Shown here: positions 1 to 8,405 of the stretch, one piece after another
Numbering within the stretch: position 1 is the stretch's first letter
How the letters are laid out: the number at the start of each line of letters is the position of its first letter
Source: Clostridia bacterium
Lineage (GTDB): Bacteria; Bacillota; Clostridia; UMGS1883
Length of the DNA: 64,000 nucleotides
Assembly (NCBI GenBank): GCA_045596985.1
Contig: JAZODM010000023.1
Coordinates: 2,684-66,683, forward strand
Direction: 5' to 3'
Made by a program: the position numbers and the translations under genes
Notes under the pieces: model-generated
What the model saw: only the letters and a program-made list of their open reading frames with translations
Database searches by the model: none
Told to the model about the DNA's origin: nothing

Positions 1-787
1 CCCAGTTGTAGAGGGGATTACCCCATTTTTGCCCCTCGTTGCAGAAATAATCGGGGGGAACGCCTGCGCACCGATCAAGGTGCATATCCTTATCAAGTGA
101 AAATAAATGGGGATTTACCCACACATCGGCACTGTCATGGGAAAGATAGATTGGCATATCACCAATAATTTTTACGCCTCTCGAATTTGCATATTCACGC
201 AGAGCGTACCACTGGCTGAAAAATTCAAACTGCAAAAATTCGTGGAAGGAAATTTCCTCATAAAGCTCCTCTTTTGCTTTTTTCAGGGCACTCTCCTTGC
301 GCATTTTAATGCCATCTTCCCATTCATACCAGGGAAGATGGGAGTTTTGCTTTTCTAACGCGCAAAAAAGTGCGTAGTCTTTTACCCACGTGTTTTTTTC
401 GCAAAAGTGGGCAATTTCTTTTTTTATATCGTCGCTGATGCGCAAAAAGGCACGGCGGAAAATATCCGTTCGTGTTTCGTGCAGAAAATCGTACTGCACT
501 GTATAAATATCGTCGGATTTACAAAGCTCAAGCTCCTCTTTTGTGAGAAGGTTATCCTCGTACAAAGTTTCGGGGTCAATAAAAAGGACATTTCCTGCAA
601 AAGCGCTTTTTCCGCTATAGGGGGAGTTGTAGCTGTCGCACGGGGAAAGGGGAAGTATTTGCCACGCGCCAAAGCCGCATTCGCAAAGAAAGTCCACAAA
701 CCCACGCGCGTTTTTCCCCAGCGTTCCAATTGCAAATTGCCCCGGGAGTGAGGAAATATGTATCAGTACACCGCCGCTTCTTTTCAT
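1..787 (-). CDS. malQ: 4-alpha-glucanotransferase (amylomaltase, GH77), N-terminal 262 aa; C-terminus runs off the window
   Basis: My own reverse-strand translation from the ATG at 787-785 (RBS GGGAGG, complement of 795-800) stays open to position 2. It reads MKRSGGVLIHISSLPGQFAIGTLG...GDMPIYLSHDSADVW...GVPPDYFCNEGQKWGNPLYNW, which are GH77 signature blocks. It is missing from the ORF track because it has no in-window stop. Confidence 0.85.
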   Translation of the reverse strand, partial: MKRSGGVLIHISSLPGQFAIGTLGKNARGFVDFLCECGFGAWQILPLSPCDSYNSPYSGKSAFAGNVLFIDPETLYEDNLLTKEELELCKSDDIYTVQYDFLHETRTDIFRRAFLRISDDIKKEIAHFCEKNTWVKDYALFCALEKQNSHLPWYEWEDGIKMRKESALKKAKEELYEEISFHEFLQFEFFSQWYALREYANSRGVKIIGDMPIYLSHDSADVWVNPHLFSLDKDMHLDRCAGVPPDYFCNEGQKWGNPLYNW

Positions 788-931
788 AAAAAAACCTCCC
801 AAAAAGATTTTGAATAAACATAGATGTTCCTATACCATTTTAACGCAACCCAAAAAAATATACAATAATTATTTTTTGGTAATCCGTAATTTTTGAGGCC
901 TGGGCACCATATATTAAAACAGGTGAAAATT

Positions 932-1816
932 ATGGATATTAATTCTTTTGCTATGCATTTCCCGTCAAACCTTACGGAAAAAATCCTTATGATGGGAACA
1001 AAGGATTTGCAGGAAATCCGTATAGTTGCACAAAAAAATGTGGTTGTGCAAAAAAGCGGAATGCTGATGGAAACGCAAATAAAAATAAGCAGTCAACAGC
1101 TTTTAAAGATTGTGGAATCTATGTGCCGCGGCTCTTTGTATGCTATGCAGACAAGCCTTGTAAAAGGCTACCTTACGATAGGAGGCGGACACCGCATCGG
1201 CGTTTGCGGAAGAGTTGTGTGTGAAAATGGGAATATAGTACATATGACAGACATTTCGGCAATATGCATCCGAATCTCGCGCGAGGTAATAGGGGCAGCA
1301 GATAGTATAATGAGCTATCTTGAATGTGACGGCAGGCTTTATAATACTCTTATAATTTCGCCGCCCGGCTGCGGTAAGACGACAATGCTGCGCGATATTG
1401 CGCGCCAGCTTGGAAATTTGCACAAGGTGTGCATTGCAGATGAACGCTCGGAAATTGCCGCCTGCAAGCAGGGTATCCCTATGCATGATGTTGGCAGATT
1501 CAGCTGTGTGATGGATGCCGTTCCCAAAGGGGAGGGGATATCAATGCTCCTTAGAACAATGTCGCCTGAAATTATCGTAACGGACGAGACAGGCTCCCCC
1601 ATGGAGGAGGAGGCTATCTGCGAGATGATAAACTGCGGCGTGAAAATTATAACGACGGCACACGGCTACAGTGAAAGAGATGTCAGGAAAAGAAAGCACT
1701 TAGGAAGCTTAATTGAAAACGGTGTTTTTGAAAGGATAATTGTACTTGGAAACAGTAAAGGAATTGCAACGGTTGAAAAAATTATATCTGATGGCAGGGT
1801 GATGAGACGTGCTTAA
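932..1816 (+). CDS. spoIIIAA: stage III sporulation protein AA (ATPase)
   Basis: ORF 893..1816. Walker A ISPPGCGKTTMLRD and Walker B IIVTDE. First gene of an eight-gene spoIIIA operon. The ATG at 932 after AGGTGA is preferred over the TTG at 893. A CATATATT box at 908-915 weakly resembles a sigma-E -10. Confidence 0.9.
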   Translation: MDINSFAMHFPSNLTEKILMMGTKDLQEIRIVAQKNVVVQKSGMLMETQIKISSQQLLKIVESMCRGSLYAMQTSLVKGYLTIGGGHRIGVCGRVVCENGNIVHMTDISAICIRISREVIGAADSIMSYLECDGRLYNTLIISPPGCGKTTMLRDIARQLGNLHKVCIADERSEIAACKQGIPMHDVGRFSCVMDAVPKGEGISMLLRTMSPEIIVTDETGSPMEEEAICEMINCGVKIITTAHGYSERDVRKRKHLGSLIENGVFERIIVLGNSKGIATVEKIISDGRVMRRA

Positions 1817-2288
1817 ACTTGTGGGCGCAGCGGTAGTGCTTCTTGCGGCAGGACTTATAGGTATGAAAAAATATAATGATTTATATGAACGCAGAAGAAA
1901 TCTGTGTATAGTACGTGACGGTGCGCAAAAAATAGAAAACACTCTGCGCTGTATGTGTGCGCCGCTTTATGACTGCTTTCTCTCGGCAGGGAGTTTTTTT
2001 GAAAAGGCGGCAATATTGGTGGCGGAGGGGATGATGCCTTCCGAGGCAGTGCGGGAGGCAACACGCAGCGTAAGCTTTTTTACAAAGGAGGACAAAGAAA
2101 TTTTCGAGCGCTTTGCAAACGGCCTTTGTGCGCAGGATGCTTTGGGGCAGCTTGCAAACCTGTCCCTTTTTATAAAGGAGCTTGATATAAACATTGAGCG
2201 CGCACAAAAAGATGTTAATACAAAGGGAACATTATTTGTAAAGGGAAGTATTCTTACGGCGGCGGCACTGGTGCTTATCATAATTTAG
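1809..2288 (+). CDS. spoIIIAB: stage III sporulation protein AB
   Basis: 159 aa. The GTG start overlaps the spoIIIAA stop. N-terminal TM segment MLKLVGAAVVLLAAGLIG. Operon position and size fit SpoIIIAB. Confidence 0.85.
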   Translation: MLKLVGAAVVLLAAGLIGMKKYNDLYERRRNLCIVRDGAQKIENTLRCMCAPLYDCFLSAGSFFEKAAILVAEGMMPSEAVREATRSVSFFTKEDKEIFERFANGLCAQDALGQLANLSLFIKELDINIERAQKDVNTKGTLFVKGSILTAAALVLIII

Positions 2289-2307
2289 AAAACAGGGGGA
2301 TAAATAT

Positions 2308-2502
2308 ATGGAAGTAGAACTCATTTTTCAGATTGCAGGGATAGGAATAATCGTTTCTGTGATGAATGTCCTCTTAACACGTTCTGGCAGGGAGGAGCAG
2401 GCGCTTATGATAACCATAGCAGGACTTGTAATTGTGCTTGCAATGGTGGTAAACAAAATCGCCCAGCTTTTTGAAACGATAAAGACGGTGTTTGGAATAT
2501 GA
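2308..2502 (+). CDS. spoIIIAC: stage III sporulation protein AC
   Basis: 64-aa two-TM protein (IAGIGIIVSVMNVLLTRSGREEQA...), third gene of the operon. Confidence 0.9.
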   Translation: MEVELIFQIAGIGIIVSVMNVLLTRSGREEQALMITIAGLVIVLAMVVNKIAQLFETIKTVFGI

Positions 2503-2885
2503 ATATGTACCAAATAGCAGCGGCAGCAGTGTGCATAGCAGCTGTTGCCCTGGCAGTAAAAAATGTGCGTGCGGAAATGGGGCAGCTTATATCAATTGCA
2601 GCCGTTATTGCGGTTTTTGCCGCCACAATGCCATATGTAATAAAAATCGTTTCCTCTATGCAGGAATTTGCAGCTCTTAGTAAAAGCGGAGCAAAGTATC
2701 TTGAACCGATACTTAAAATAACGGGACTTGCCTACATAAGTCAGCTTGGGGCGCAACTATGCGAGGACAGCGGCGAAAAGGCGCTTGCAGGCAGGGTGGA
2801 ATCGGCAGGAAAAATTGCAATCTGCACAGTTGCCATTCCGATAGCAAAGGAAGCCTTTGTAAAAATTATAGGTATACTGACATGA
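2499..2885 (+). CDS. spoIIIAD: stage III sporulation protein AD
   Basis: 128-aa membrane protein with GLAYISQLGAQLCEDSGEKALAGRVESAGKIAI. Its start overlaps the spoIIIAC stop. Confidence 0.9.
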   Translation: MNMYQIAAAAVCIAAVALAVKNVRAEMGQLISIAAVIAVFAATMPYVIKIVSSMQEFAALSKSGAKYLEPILKITGLAYISQLGAQLCEDSGEKALAGRVESAGKIAICTVAIPIAKEAFVKIIGILT

Positions 2886-3913
2886 CGGATTTTTCGGTTA
2901 AGCCTGATTTAACAGTTTCGGCGCAGGAAAATATTGAAAGCCTTTTCGGGGATTTTCGTTTTGAAGATATAGTAAACGATATAGTAAGCGGAAAATTTTC
3001 GCCAGAGACGGGAAGCCTTATAAACAGGCTTTTGGGACTTTTTATGGGGGAGCTTAAAACGGCATTTGCGCTCATTGGCACAATTGCCGCGCTGGTGCTT
3101 ATAAGTGCGTTTATAAATAATCTGCAATCGTCGCTCGGCAGAAAAACGGTAAGTGATGCAACCGCCTTTGCAGTATTTGTCTACATTGCAACCGTGGCAG
3201 CAACGGCGTTTGAATCGGCAGGAAAATTTGTTATCACAACGCTTGATGATATAACTGTGCTGGTGCATAGCATTATTCCTGCAATGGCGATGCTGTCTGC
3301 ATCGGGCGGCGAGGTGGTGAGGGCAAGCCTTACGCATCCTGTAATATTTTTTGTATGCTCTGCACTGGCAGGAATAATAAGAAATGTTATAACGCCGCTT
3401 GTCCTTTTGCGCGCGGTGAGTGTGCTTCTTTGCGCAATAAGTACAAACAGCAGCCTTGATGAATTTGCGCAGCTTTTTGCAAAGCTGCATAAAACGGTGC
3501 TTGCCTTTTCAATGTCACTTTTTGCAGGGATTTTGGGGATAAGCTCCTTTGCAGCGGCAAGCTTTGATTCCCTTGCTGCGCGAGGGGTTAAATTTGCAGT
3601 CAGTGCATCCGTGCCCGTGGTCGGCGGCTCTATTGCCGAGGCTATGAGCAGTATTGCAGGCTCTGCAATGCTACTCAAAAATGCGGTGGGGCTTGGCGGT
3701 GTAATAATACTTTTTGCTATATTTGCAATCCCGCTTTTAAAGCTTTCGGCACTTTCGCTTGCTCTGAGGCTCACGGCGGCATTTACCTCCCCCGTTGCAG
3801 AAAAAAGAGTTGTAGACGTTTTAAAAAAATTAGGCGACTGTATTGATATGCTTTTTTCATCAATTGCGTGCATGGGAACGATAATGATAATTGCAATAGC
3901 CGCAATAATGTAA
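2882..3913 (+). CDS. spoIIIAE: stage III sporulation protein AE (polytopic membrane protein)
   Basis: ORF 2759..3913. The ATG at 2882 overlaps the spoIIIAD stop (ATGA), giving 343 aa with multiple TM helices. The upstream 41 codons lie inside spoIIIAD. Confidence 0.9.
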   Translation: MTDFSVKPDLTVSAQENIESLFGDFRFEDIVNDIVSGKFSPETGSLINRLLGLFMGELKTAFALIGTIAALVLISAFINNLQSSLGRKTVSDATAFAVFVYIATVAATAFESAGKFVITTLDDITVLVHSIIPAMAMLSASGGEVVRASLTHPVIFFVCSALAGIIRNVITPLVLLRAVSVLLCAISTNSSLDEFAQLFAKLHKTVLAFSMSLFAGILGISSFAAASFDSLAARGVKFAVSASVPVVGGSIAEAMSSIAGSAMLLKNAVGLGGVIILFAIFAIPLLKLSALSLALRLTAAFTSPVAEKRVVDVLKKLGDCIDMLFSSIACMGTIMIIAIAAIM

Positions 3914-3944
3914 AAAGTGCGGAATGCAGAATGGAGGATGCAGA

Positions 3945-4388
3945 ATGCGTGATTATATGATAGCTTTGGGCACTGTGATGATGCTGACGGCTCTTTCCAA
4001 AATGCTGCTTCCTGAAGGAAGTATAAAGAAGTTTGCGACACTTGCAATGGGGTTTATGCTTATCTGTGCGGTGACATCGCCGCTGCCAAATCTGATAAAG
4101 GAGGTAAAGCTTGATGCAAATTCCTTTGAATATGACGAGGCGGATATTAAAAAGGCGGAGGCTACCTACCGTGCACAGGTGATAAAAAAGCACCGCGAAA
4201 ACTTAGGCGCATTAATAGAGGAGAAAATGGTGCACGGCTCAAAAGCGTATGTAGAAACCTCGGAAAACGGCGATATTATCAGCGTGACACTCAGACTGCG
4301 CGGCGATGAAAGTGCAGCCGTAAACTATATTGTCAGTGAGCTCTTTGTGCCAAGAGAAAGGATAAAGCTGATTTATGAGAATAATTGA
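3945..4388 (+). CDS. spoIIIAF: stage III sporulation protein AF
   Basis: ORF 3924..4388. GGAGGA at 3933-3938 sits 6-7 nt before the ATG at 3945. N-terminal TM pair, then a soluble domain. Operon position fits. Confidence 0.8.
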   Translation: MRDYMIALGTVMMLTALSKMLLPEGSIKKFATLAMGFMLICAVTSPLPNLIKEVKLDANSFEYDEADIKKAEATYRAQVIKKHRENLGALIEEKMVHGSKAYVETSENGDIISVTLRLRGDESAAVNYIVSELFVPRERIKLIYENN

Positions 4389-4788
4389 CAAAATTTTCAG
4401 GGATAAAAAAGGAAATACTGTAATATATTTATTATTAACAGTGGGAATTGTTCTGCTTGCCCTCGGCGGCAGCTTTAAAAGCGAGGCACCGCAAACGGCA
4501 GCAGAGGAAAATTTCCATAGCAGTAAGGAGCAAAAGCTCCAAAGCATTCTTTCCCATATAAACGGTGTGGGAGAGGCACAGGTGATGATATCCTTTTGCG
4601 AGGAGGAGGAAGACGGCTTACTCTTTAACGAAAAAAACGGAGAAGAGGGCAACGTAAAGGGTGTTGTAGTCGTCGCGCAGGGGGGCGCAGATGCAAAGGT
4701 ACGCGAAAAAATTATCCGTGCAACAAAAGCGGCACTGGGCGTGGAAGCTCACAAAATCGAGGTTTTTGAAAGGAAGGAAAAACAATGA
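4375..4788 (+). CDS. spoIIIAG: stage III sporulation protein AG
   Basis: 137 aa with an N-terminal TM segment. C-terminal motif GVGEAQVMISF...VKGVVVVAQGGADAKVREKI is typical of the SpoIIIAG ring domain. Confidence 0.8.
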   Translation: MRIIDKIFRDKKGNTVIYLLLTVGIVLLALGGSFKSEAPQTAAEENFHSSKEQKLQSILSHINGVGEAQVMISFCEEEEDGLLFNEKNGEEGNVKGVVVVAQGGADAKVREKIIRATKAALGVEAHKIEVFERKEKQ

Positions 4789-5306
4789 TGATGGTAGTTA
4801 AGAAAAAGCAGCTTGTGATTGCGGCACTGGCTATAGTAATAGGAACGGCAGGATACCTTAACGCAGGAAAGGAAGAAGCAAACACCGAGGCAGGGCAGAA
4901 ATACTTAGGGGAGGCGCAGCTTGTAGATTCGGAGGGTATAGCCGAGGAAACATCAGGCGGCGACTTCTTCTCTCAGGCAAGAATTGACCGTGAAGCAGGC
5001 AGAAGCCGCAGTATAGAAACCTTTAACTCTATAATTTCAAATGAGAGTGCCGACACTGCCGCAAAGGCAAGTGCTCAGCAAAGCGTGCTGGAGCTTGCGC
5101 AAAATACCGAAACGGAAACGGCTGTTGAAAACCTCCTGCGTGCAAAAGGGTTTGAGGATGCGGTCTGCTATATAAATAACGGAATGGCAAATGTCGTTGT
5201 AAAAACACAGGTGCTTGACAGTGCAAATGCCGCCAAAATTTCTGAAATTGTAACAGAACAGAGCGGAATACCCCAGGATAAGATAAAGATTATGGAAATG
5301 AACTGA
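4785..5306 (+). CDS. spoIIIAH: stage III sporulation protein AH
   Basis: 173 aa with an N-terminal TM segment. The ARIDREAGRSRSIETFNSII block and C-terminal YscJ/FliF-like fold region fit SpoIIIAH. Last gene of the operon. Confidence 0.8.
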   Translation: MMMVVKKKQLVIAALAIVIGTAGYLNAGKEEANTEAGQKYLGEAQLVDSEGIAEETSGGDFFSQARIDREAGRSRSIETFNSIISNESADTAAKASAQQSVLELAQNTETETAVENLLRAKGFEDAVCYINNGMANVVVKTQVLDSANAAKISEIVTEQSGIPQDKIKIMEMN

Positions 5307-5393
5307 CCAAATACAGAAAATCCTTGATTATTTACTTCATTAGTGATAAAATAAATATAGGTTATTTTCTACACAAGAAAGGATGGATAAGAA

Positions 5394-5771
5394 ATGGCTG
5401 AAAATTTTATTTCTACAGAAAACGGTAACATTAAAATCTCGGAAGAGGTTATTATTCGTATAAGTGCAATTTCCGCCCGTGAGGTTGAGGGTGTGGCAGG
5501 TCTCGGAACAGGCTCAGGCTGGGGCGATTTACTCAGCAAGAAAACACCTGCAAAGGGTATCAAGGTTGAAATTAAGGACGATGCAACAATCATTGATGTG
5601 CACGTAACAGTGAAATTCGGTGTAAAAATCAACGATATTGCCCTCAAACTCCAAAAGACGGTTAAAAATGCCGTTGAGTCATATGCAGGTCTTGACAACA
5701 TCATCGTTAATGTATTTGTTGACGGTATTGAAAACGAAAACGCACCCAAAGAGGATAAAGAGGAAGAATAA
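5394..5771 (+). CDS. Asp23/Gls24 family envelope stress (alkaline shock) protein
   Basis: 125 aa. ENGNIKISEEVIIRISAISAREVEGVAGL is the characteristic Asp23 N-terminal block. RBS AAAGGA. Confidence 0.85.
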   Translation: MAENFISTENGNIKISEEVIIRISAISAREVEGVAGLGTGSGWGDLLSKKTPAKGIKVEIKDDATIIDVHVTVKFGVKINDIALKLQKTVKNAVESYAGLDNIIVNVFVDGIENENAPKEDKEEE

Positions 5772-5780
5772 GGTGGCATT

Positions 5781-6038
5781 ATGAAATACGAGCATATAAA
5801 TAAGGGTGTTTGTTCCCGAAAGACGGTTGTGGAGCTTTCCCCCGACGGCATTATAGAGGATATCTCAATCCTTGGCGGCTGCAGCGGTAATCTGCAGGGA
5901 ATAATGTCGCTGTTAAAGGGTATGAACGCGCGCGATGCAATAAAAAAGATTAAGGGCATAAACTGTAACGGGCGCGGAACAAGCTGTCCTGACCAGGTTG
6001 CAAAGGCATTGGAGAATGCACTTGAAAATTTAGCATAA
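5781..6038 (+). CDS. TSCPD-domain small protein (TIGR03905-like, four-Cys)
   Basis: 85 aa: GVCSRKTVVELSPDGIIEDISILGGCSGNLQGI...GINCNGRGTSCPDQ. Family assignment is from memory of this conserved small protein. Confidence 0.7.
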   Translation: MKYEHINKGVCSRKTVVELSPDGIIEDISILGGCSGNLQGIMSLLKGMNARDAIKKIKGINCNGRGTSCPDQVAKALENALENLA

Positions 6039-6044
6039 AAAAGT

Positions 6045-6085
6045 GGAGATGTTTAAAAACAAAGTTTTTAAACATCTCCTTTTTG
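6045..6085 (+). terminator. rho-independent terminator after the asp23/TSCPD genes
   Basis: Perfect 16-bp stem GGAGATGTTTAAAAAC / GTTTTTAAACATCTCC with loop AAA, followed by TTTTTG. Confidence 0.85.
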
Positions 6086-6128
6086 TATGAGAATAAGAAA
6101 AACGGAATATAAAGATTTTTTTCATAGC

Positions 6129-6220
6129 AAAAAATCCACCAACATTTCGCATTTCGCACTTCACATTTCGAATTTCGAATTTCGCATTTTGCATACTGTA
6201 TTTTTCGGTATGGATTTTTT
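6129..6220 (+). repeat. family A repeat, copy 1: 7 tandem heptamers (ATTTCGM) bracketed by a 10-bp inverted repeat
   Basis: The array at 6144-6192 reads ATTTCGC ATTTCGC ACTTCAC ATTTCGA ATTTCGA ATTTCGC ATTTTGC. It is flanked by AAAAAATCCA (6129-6138) and TGGATTTTTT (6211-6220). Confidence 0.9.
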
Positions 6221-6318
6221 ATAACATAGGAAATTGCGCGCGTTGTGCGCAAGATTGCGTGTTTCAACAAAAATTACCTTATAAAAAGGTGAGCGAAGCG
6301 AGCATTTAATTGACGAAG

Positions 6319-6849
6319 TCAATTTTGTTCTAATACCATTACATTATCCATTTTTATATCATACTCATCGTGCGGAAGGCTATCTACCAAAAACTCCTTT
6401 TTGCATACCCCAAGTTTATATGGGGAGATGTCGCAAAGAAAGCGGTCATAATACCCCTTTCCGTAGCCGAGGCGAAAGCCCTCTTTATCAAAGGCAATCC
6501 CCGGAACTATGGCAAAATCAATTTTTTCCTTTGGAAATTCTACGGGGTTTTTCGGCTCCAATATACCAAAGCTTCCTTCTGCAAGGTCAGCGGGTGAATT
6601 AATTTTCACCGCTATCATATTTCCGCACTTGTCAGTGCAATAGGGAACGACAACGTCCTTTTCTTTTAAAAGCTCTTCTATAAGATTGTGCGTTCCCACC
6701 TCGCCGTGGGCGGATACGTAGCAGAATATAACCTTTGCATTTTTAAATTCAGAAAATGCGTTAAGGTCAGATGTTTTTAAATCTGAAGAAACGGCACAAG
6801 TGCGCAACGATAAAAACTCTTTGCGCATTTGTGCCTTTGTTTTACGCAT
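6319..6849 (-). CDS. 5-formyltetrahydrofolate cyclo-ligase
   Basis: ORF 6319..6939. The motif GYGKGYYDRFL and the overall length fit MTHFS. The ATG at 6849 overlaps the rpe stop (AATGCGTAA), so the longer track start is rejected. Confidence 0.85.
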   Translation of the reverse strand: MRKTKAQMRKEFLSLRTCAVSSDLKTSDLNAFSEFKNAKVIFCYVSAHGEVGTHNLIEELLKEKDVVVPYCTDKCGNMIAVKINSPADLAEGSFGILEPKNPVEFPKEKIDFAIVPGIAFDKEGFRLGYGKGYYDRFLCDISPYKLGVCKKEFLVDSLPHDEYDIKMDNVMVLEQN

Positions 6850-7504
6850 TAGCCGCACGCTCTGCACTATTGCGGATTGCACTGATAGTCTCGCTATAGG
6901 GCTTCTTTGCAAAAACGGCGCTTCCTGCAACGAGGACATTTACACCTGCCTCTGCTGCAAGTGCTGCAGTCTGGGCATTTATACCGCCGTCCATCTGTAT
7001 ATCAATATCCTTTCCGTCCTTATGTGCGCGGATGTTTCTTACCTTATCAAGCACCTCACTCATAAACTTCTGACCGCCAAAGCCTGGAACAACACTCATA
7101 ACGAGTACCATATCAAGCTTATGTAAAACGGGGAACAAAACCTCCTCGCTCGTAGCGGGCTTAATTGCAACCGCTGCTTTAACACCGAAGGAATGGATAT
7201 AGTCAATGAGTTCATCCATATCCTCCACACATTCTGCGTGGAAGGAAATAAGCTCTGCACCTGCCTTTACAAACGGCTCTACAAACATTTTGGGGTCTTC
7301 AACCATCAGGTGGCAGTCAAAGAAAAGCTTTGAAGCCTCGCGAATGGATTTTACAATATCAGGCCCCATTGAAAGGTTAGGTACAAAGTGCCCATCCATA
7401 ATGTCAATATGTGCCCACTCGGCACCTGCTTTTTCGATTGCGATAACATCTTCCCTGAGTGCACCGAAATCCGATGCGAGTATTGAGGGTGCAATTTTAA
7501 TCAT
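6842..7504 (-). CDS. rpe: ribulose-phosphate 3-epimerase
   Basis: MIKIAPSILASDFGAL...HIDIMDGHFVPN...MSVVPGFGGQKF are classic Rpe motifs. Start taken at the internal Met (7504). Confidence 0.93.
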   Translation of the reverse strand: MIKIAPSILASDFGALREDVIAIEKAGAEWAHIDIMDGHFVPNLSMGPDIVKSIREASKLFFDCHLMVEDPKMFVEPFVKAGAELISFHAECVEDMDELIDYIHSFGVKAAVAIKPATSEEVLFPVLHKLDMVLVMSVVPGFGGQKFMSEVLDKVRNIRAHKDGKDIDIQMDGGINAQTAALAAEAGVNVLVAGSAVFAKKPYSETISAIRNSAERAANA

Positions 7505-7511
7505 TTTTAAG

Positions 7512-8405
7512 TCAATCCTTTCTTTCCCAATCTTTAATGTCTTTAAGTTTATTGTAAATTTCAATATAACTTTCGTAACGGTGTTGTGCGATGCTTCCTC
7601 CGTCTACCGCTTCCCTGACACTGCATCCCGGCTCCCCGAGATGGTTACAGGTGCGAAAACGGCACGTTCCGTGAAGCGGCGTAATTTCAGGAAAATACTG
7701 CCACAAATCAGAGGCACGCAATGTGTCTGCTTCAAGACGTGAAAACCCTGGTGTATCAAAGACGTAGCCACCCGCCGCCTCAATCAGCTCAACGTGGCGT
7801 GTGGTATGCTTTCCACGCTCGATGCGGCTTACGCTTCCTACCTGAAGGTCTGCGCCCGTTATTCTTTTTAGAAGGCTTGATTTCCCTACGCCCGAAAGAC
7901 CGGCAAACGCAACCGTTCTTCCTTTTATAAGAGCTTGTATTTCCTTTACGCCTTCGCCGGTTTTGGCACTTGCCGCAATGACAAGGTATCCTGCCTTGCG
8001 GTAAACTGTGCAAAACTGCTCTGCCTCATCATCTGTGACAAGGTCTGTCTTGTTAAGGCAGATTATACCCTCGATACCCTTGCTTTCGGCAGTTACCAAA
8101 AGCTTGTCAATCAAAAGATAGTCAGGCATAGGAGAGCGCGCCGCCGAAACAAGCACCAGCGCATCAACATTGCTTACACCCGGACGGATGAGAAAATTTT
8201 TGCGCTCGTATATCTGGCAGATGCTTCCCGTTCCTTCGGGATTTAAAAGCAGTGATACGCTGTCTCCGACAATGGGCGATAGTTCATCCTTGCGAAATTT
8301 TCCGCGCGCGTGGCATTCCACAATGCCCTGCGGTGTGGAAACATAGTAAAATCCGCCTATTCCTTTTATAATAATTCCTTCGGTGCGATTTTGTGTGTCT
8401 ATCAA
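7512..8405 (-). CDS. rsgA: ribosome small-subunit-dependent GTPase A
   Basis: OB-fold N-terminus, circularly permuted GTPase (NKTDL ... GLSGVGKSSLL) and a C-terminal zinc knuckle CRFRTCNHLGEPGC. Confidence 0.93.
   Translation of the reverse strand: MIDTQNRTEGIIIKGIGGFYYVSTPQGIVECHARGKFRKDELSPIVGDSVSLLLNPEGTGSICQIYERKNFLIRPGVSNVDALVLVSAARSPMPDYLLIDKLLVTAESKGIEGIICLNKTDLVTDDEAEQFCTVYRKAGYLVIAASAKTGEGVKEIQALIKGRTVAFAGLSGVGKSSLLKRITGADLQVGSVSRIERGKHTTRHVELIEAAGGYVFDTPGFSRLEADTLRASDLWQYFPEITPLHGTCRFRTCNHLGEPGCSVREAVDGGSIAQHRYESYIEIYNKLKDIKDWERKD

Noticed and set aside
3181-4047. Long antisense ORFs opposite real genes. These include 3181-4047(-), 5369-5959(-), 19624-20403(+), 33621-34316(+), 60901-61581(-) and 62542-63303(-).
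   Set aside because: Each lies fully opposite a gene with clear family motifs. They have a biased low-complexity composition and lack ribosome-binding sites. They are typical shadow ORFs.
6144-6192. Heptamer arrays as a CRISPR array or as Spo0A (0A-box) clusters
   Set aside because: The units are 7 bp with no spacers, so this is not CRISPR architecture. ATGCGAA/ATTCGAA does not fit TGTCGAA at the critical positions, and the arrays occur in both orientations away from sporulation promoters.
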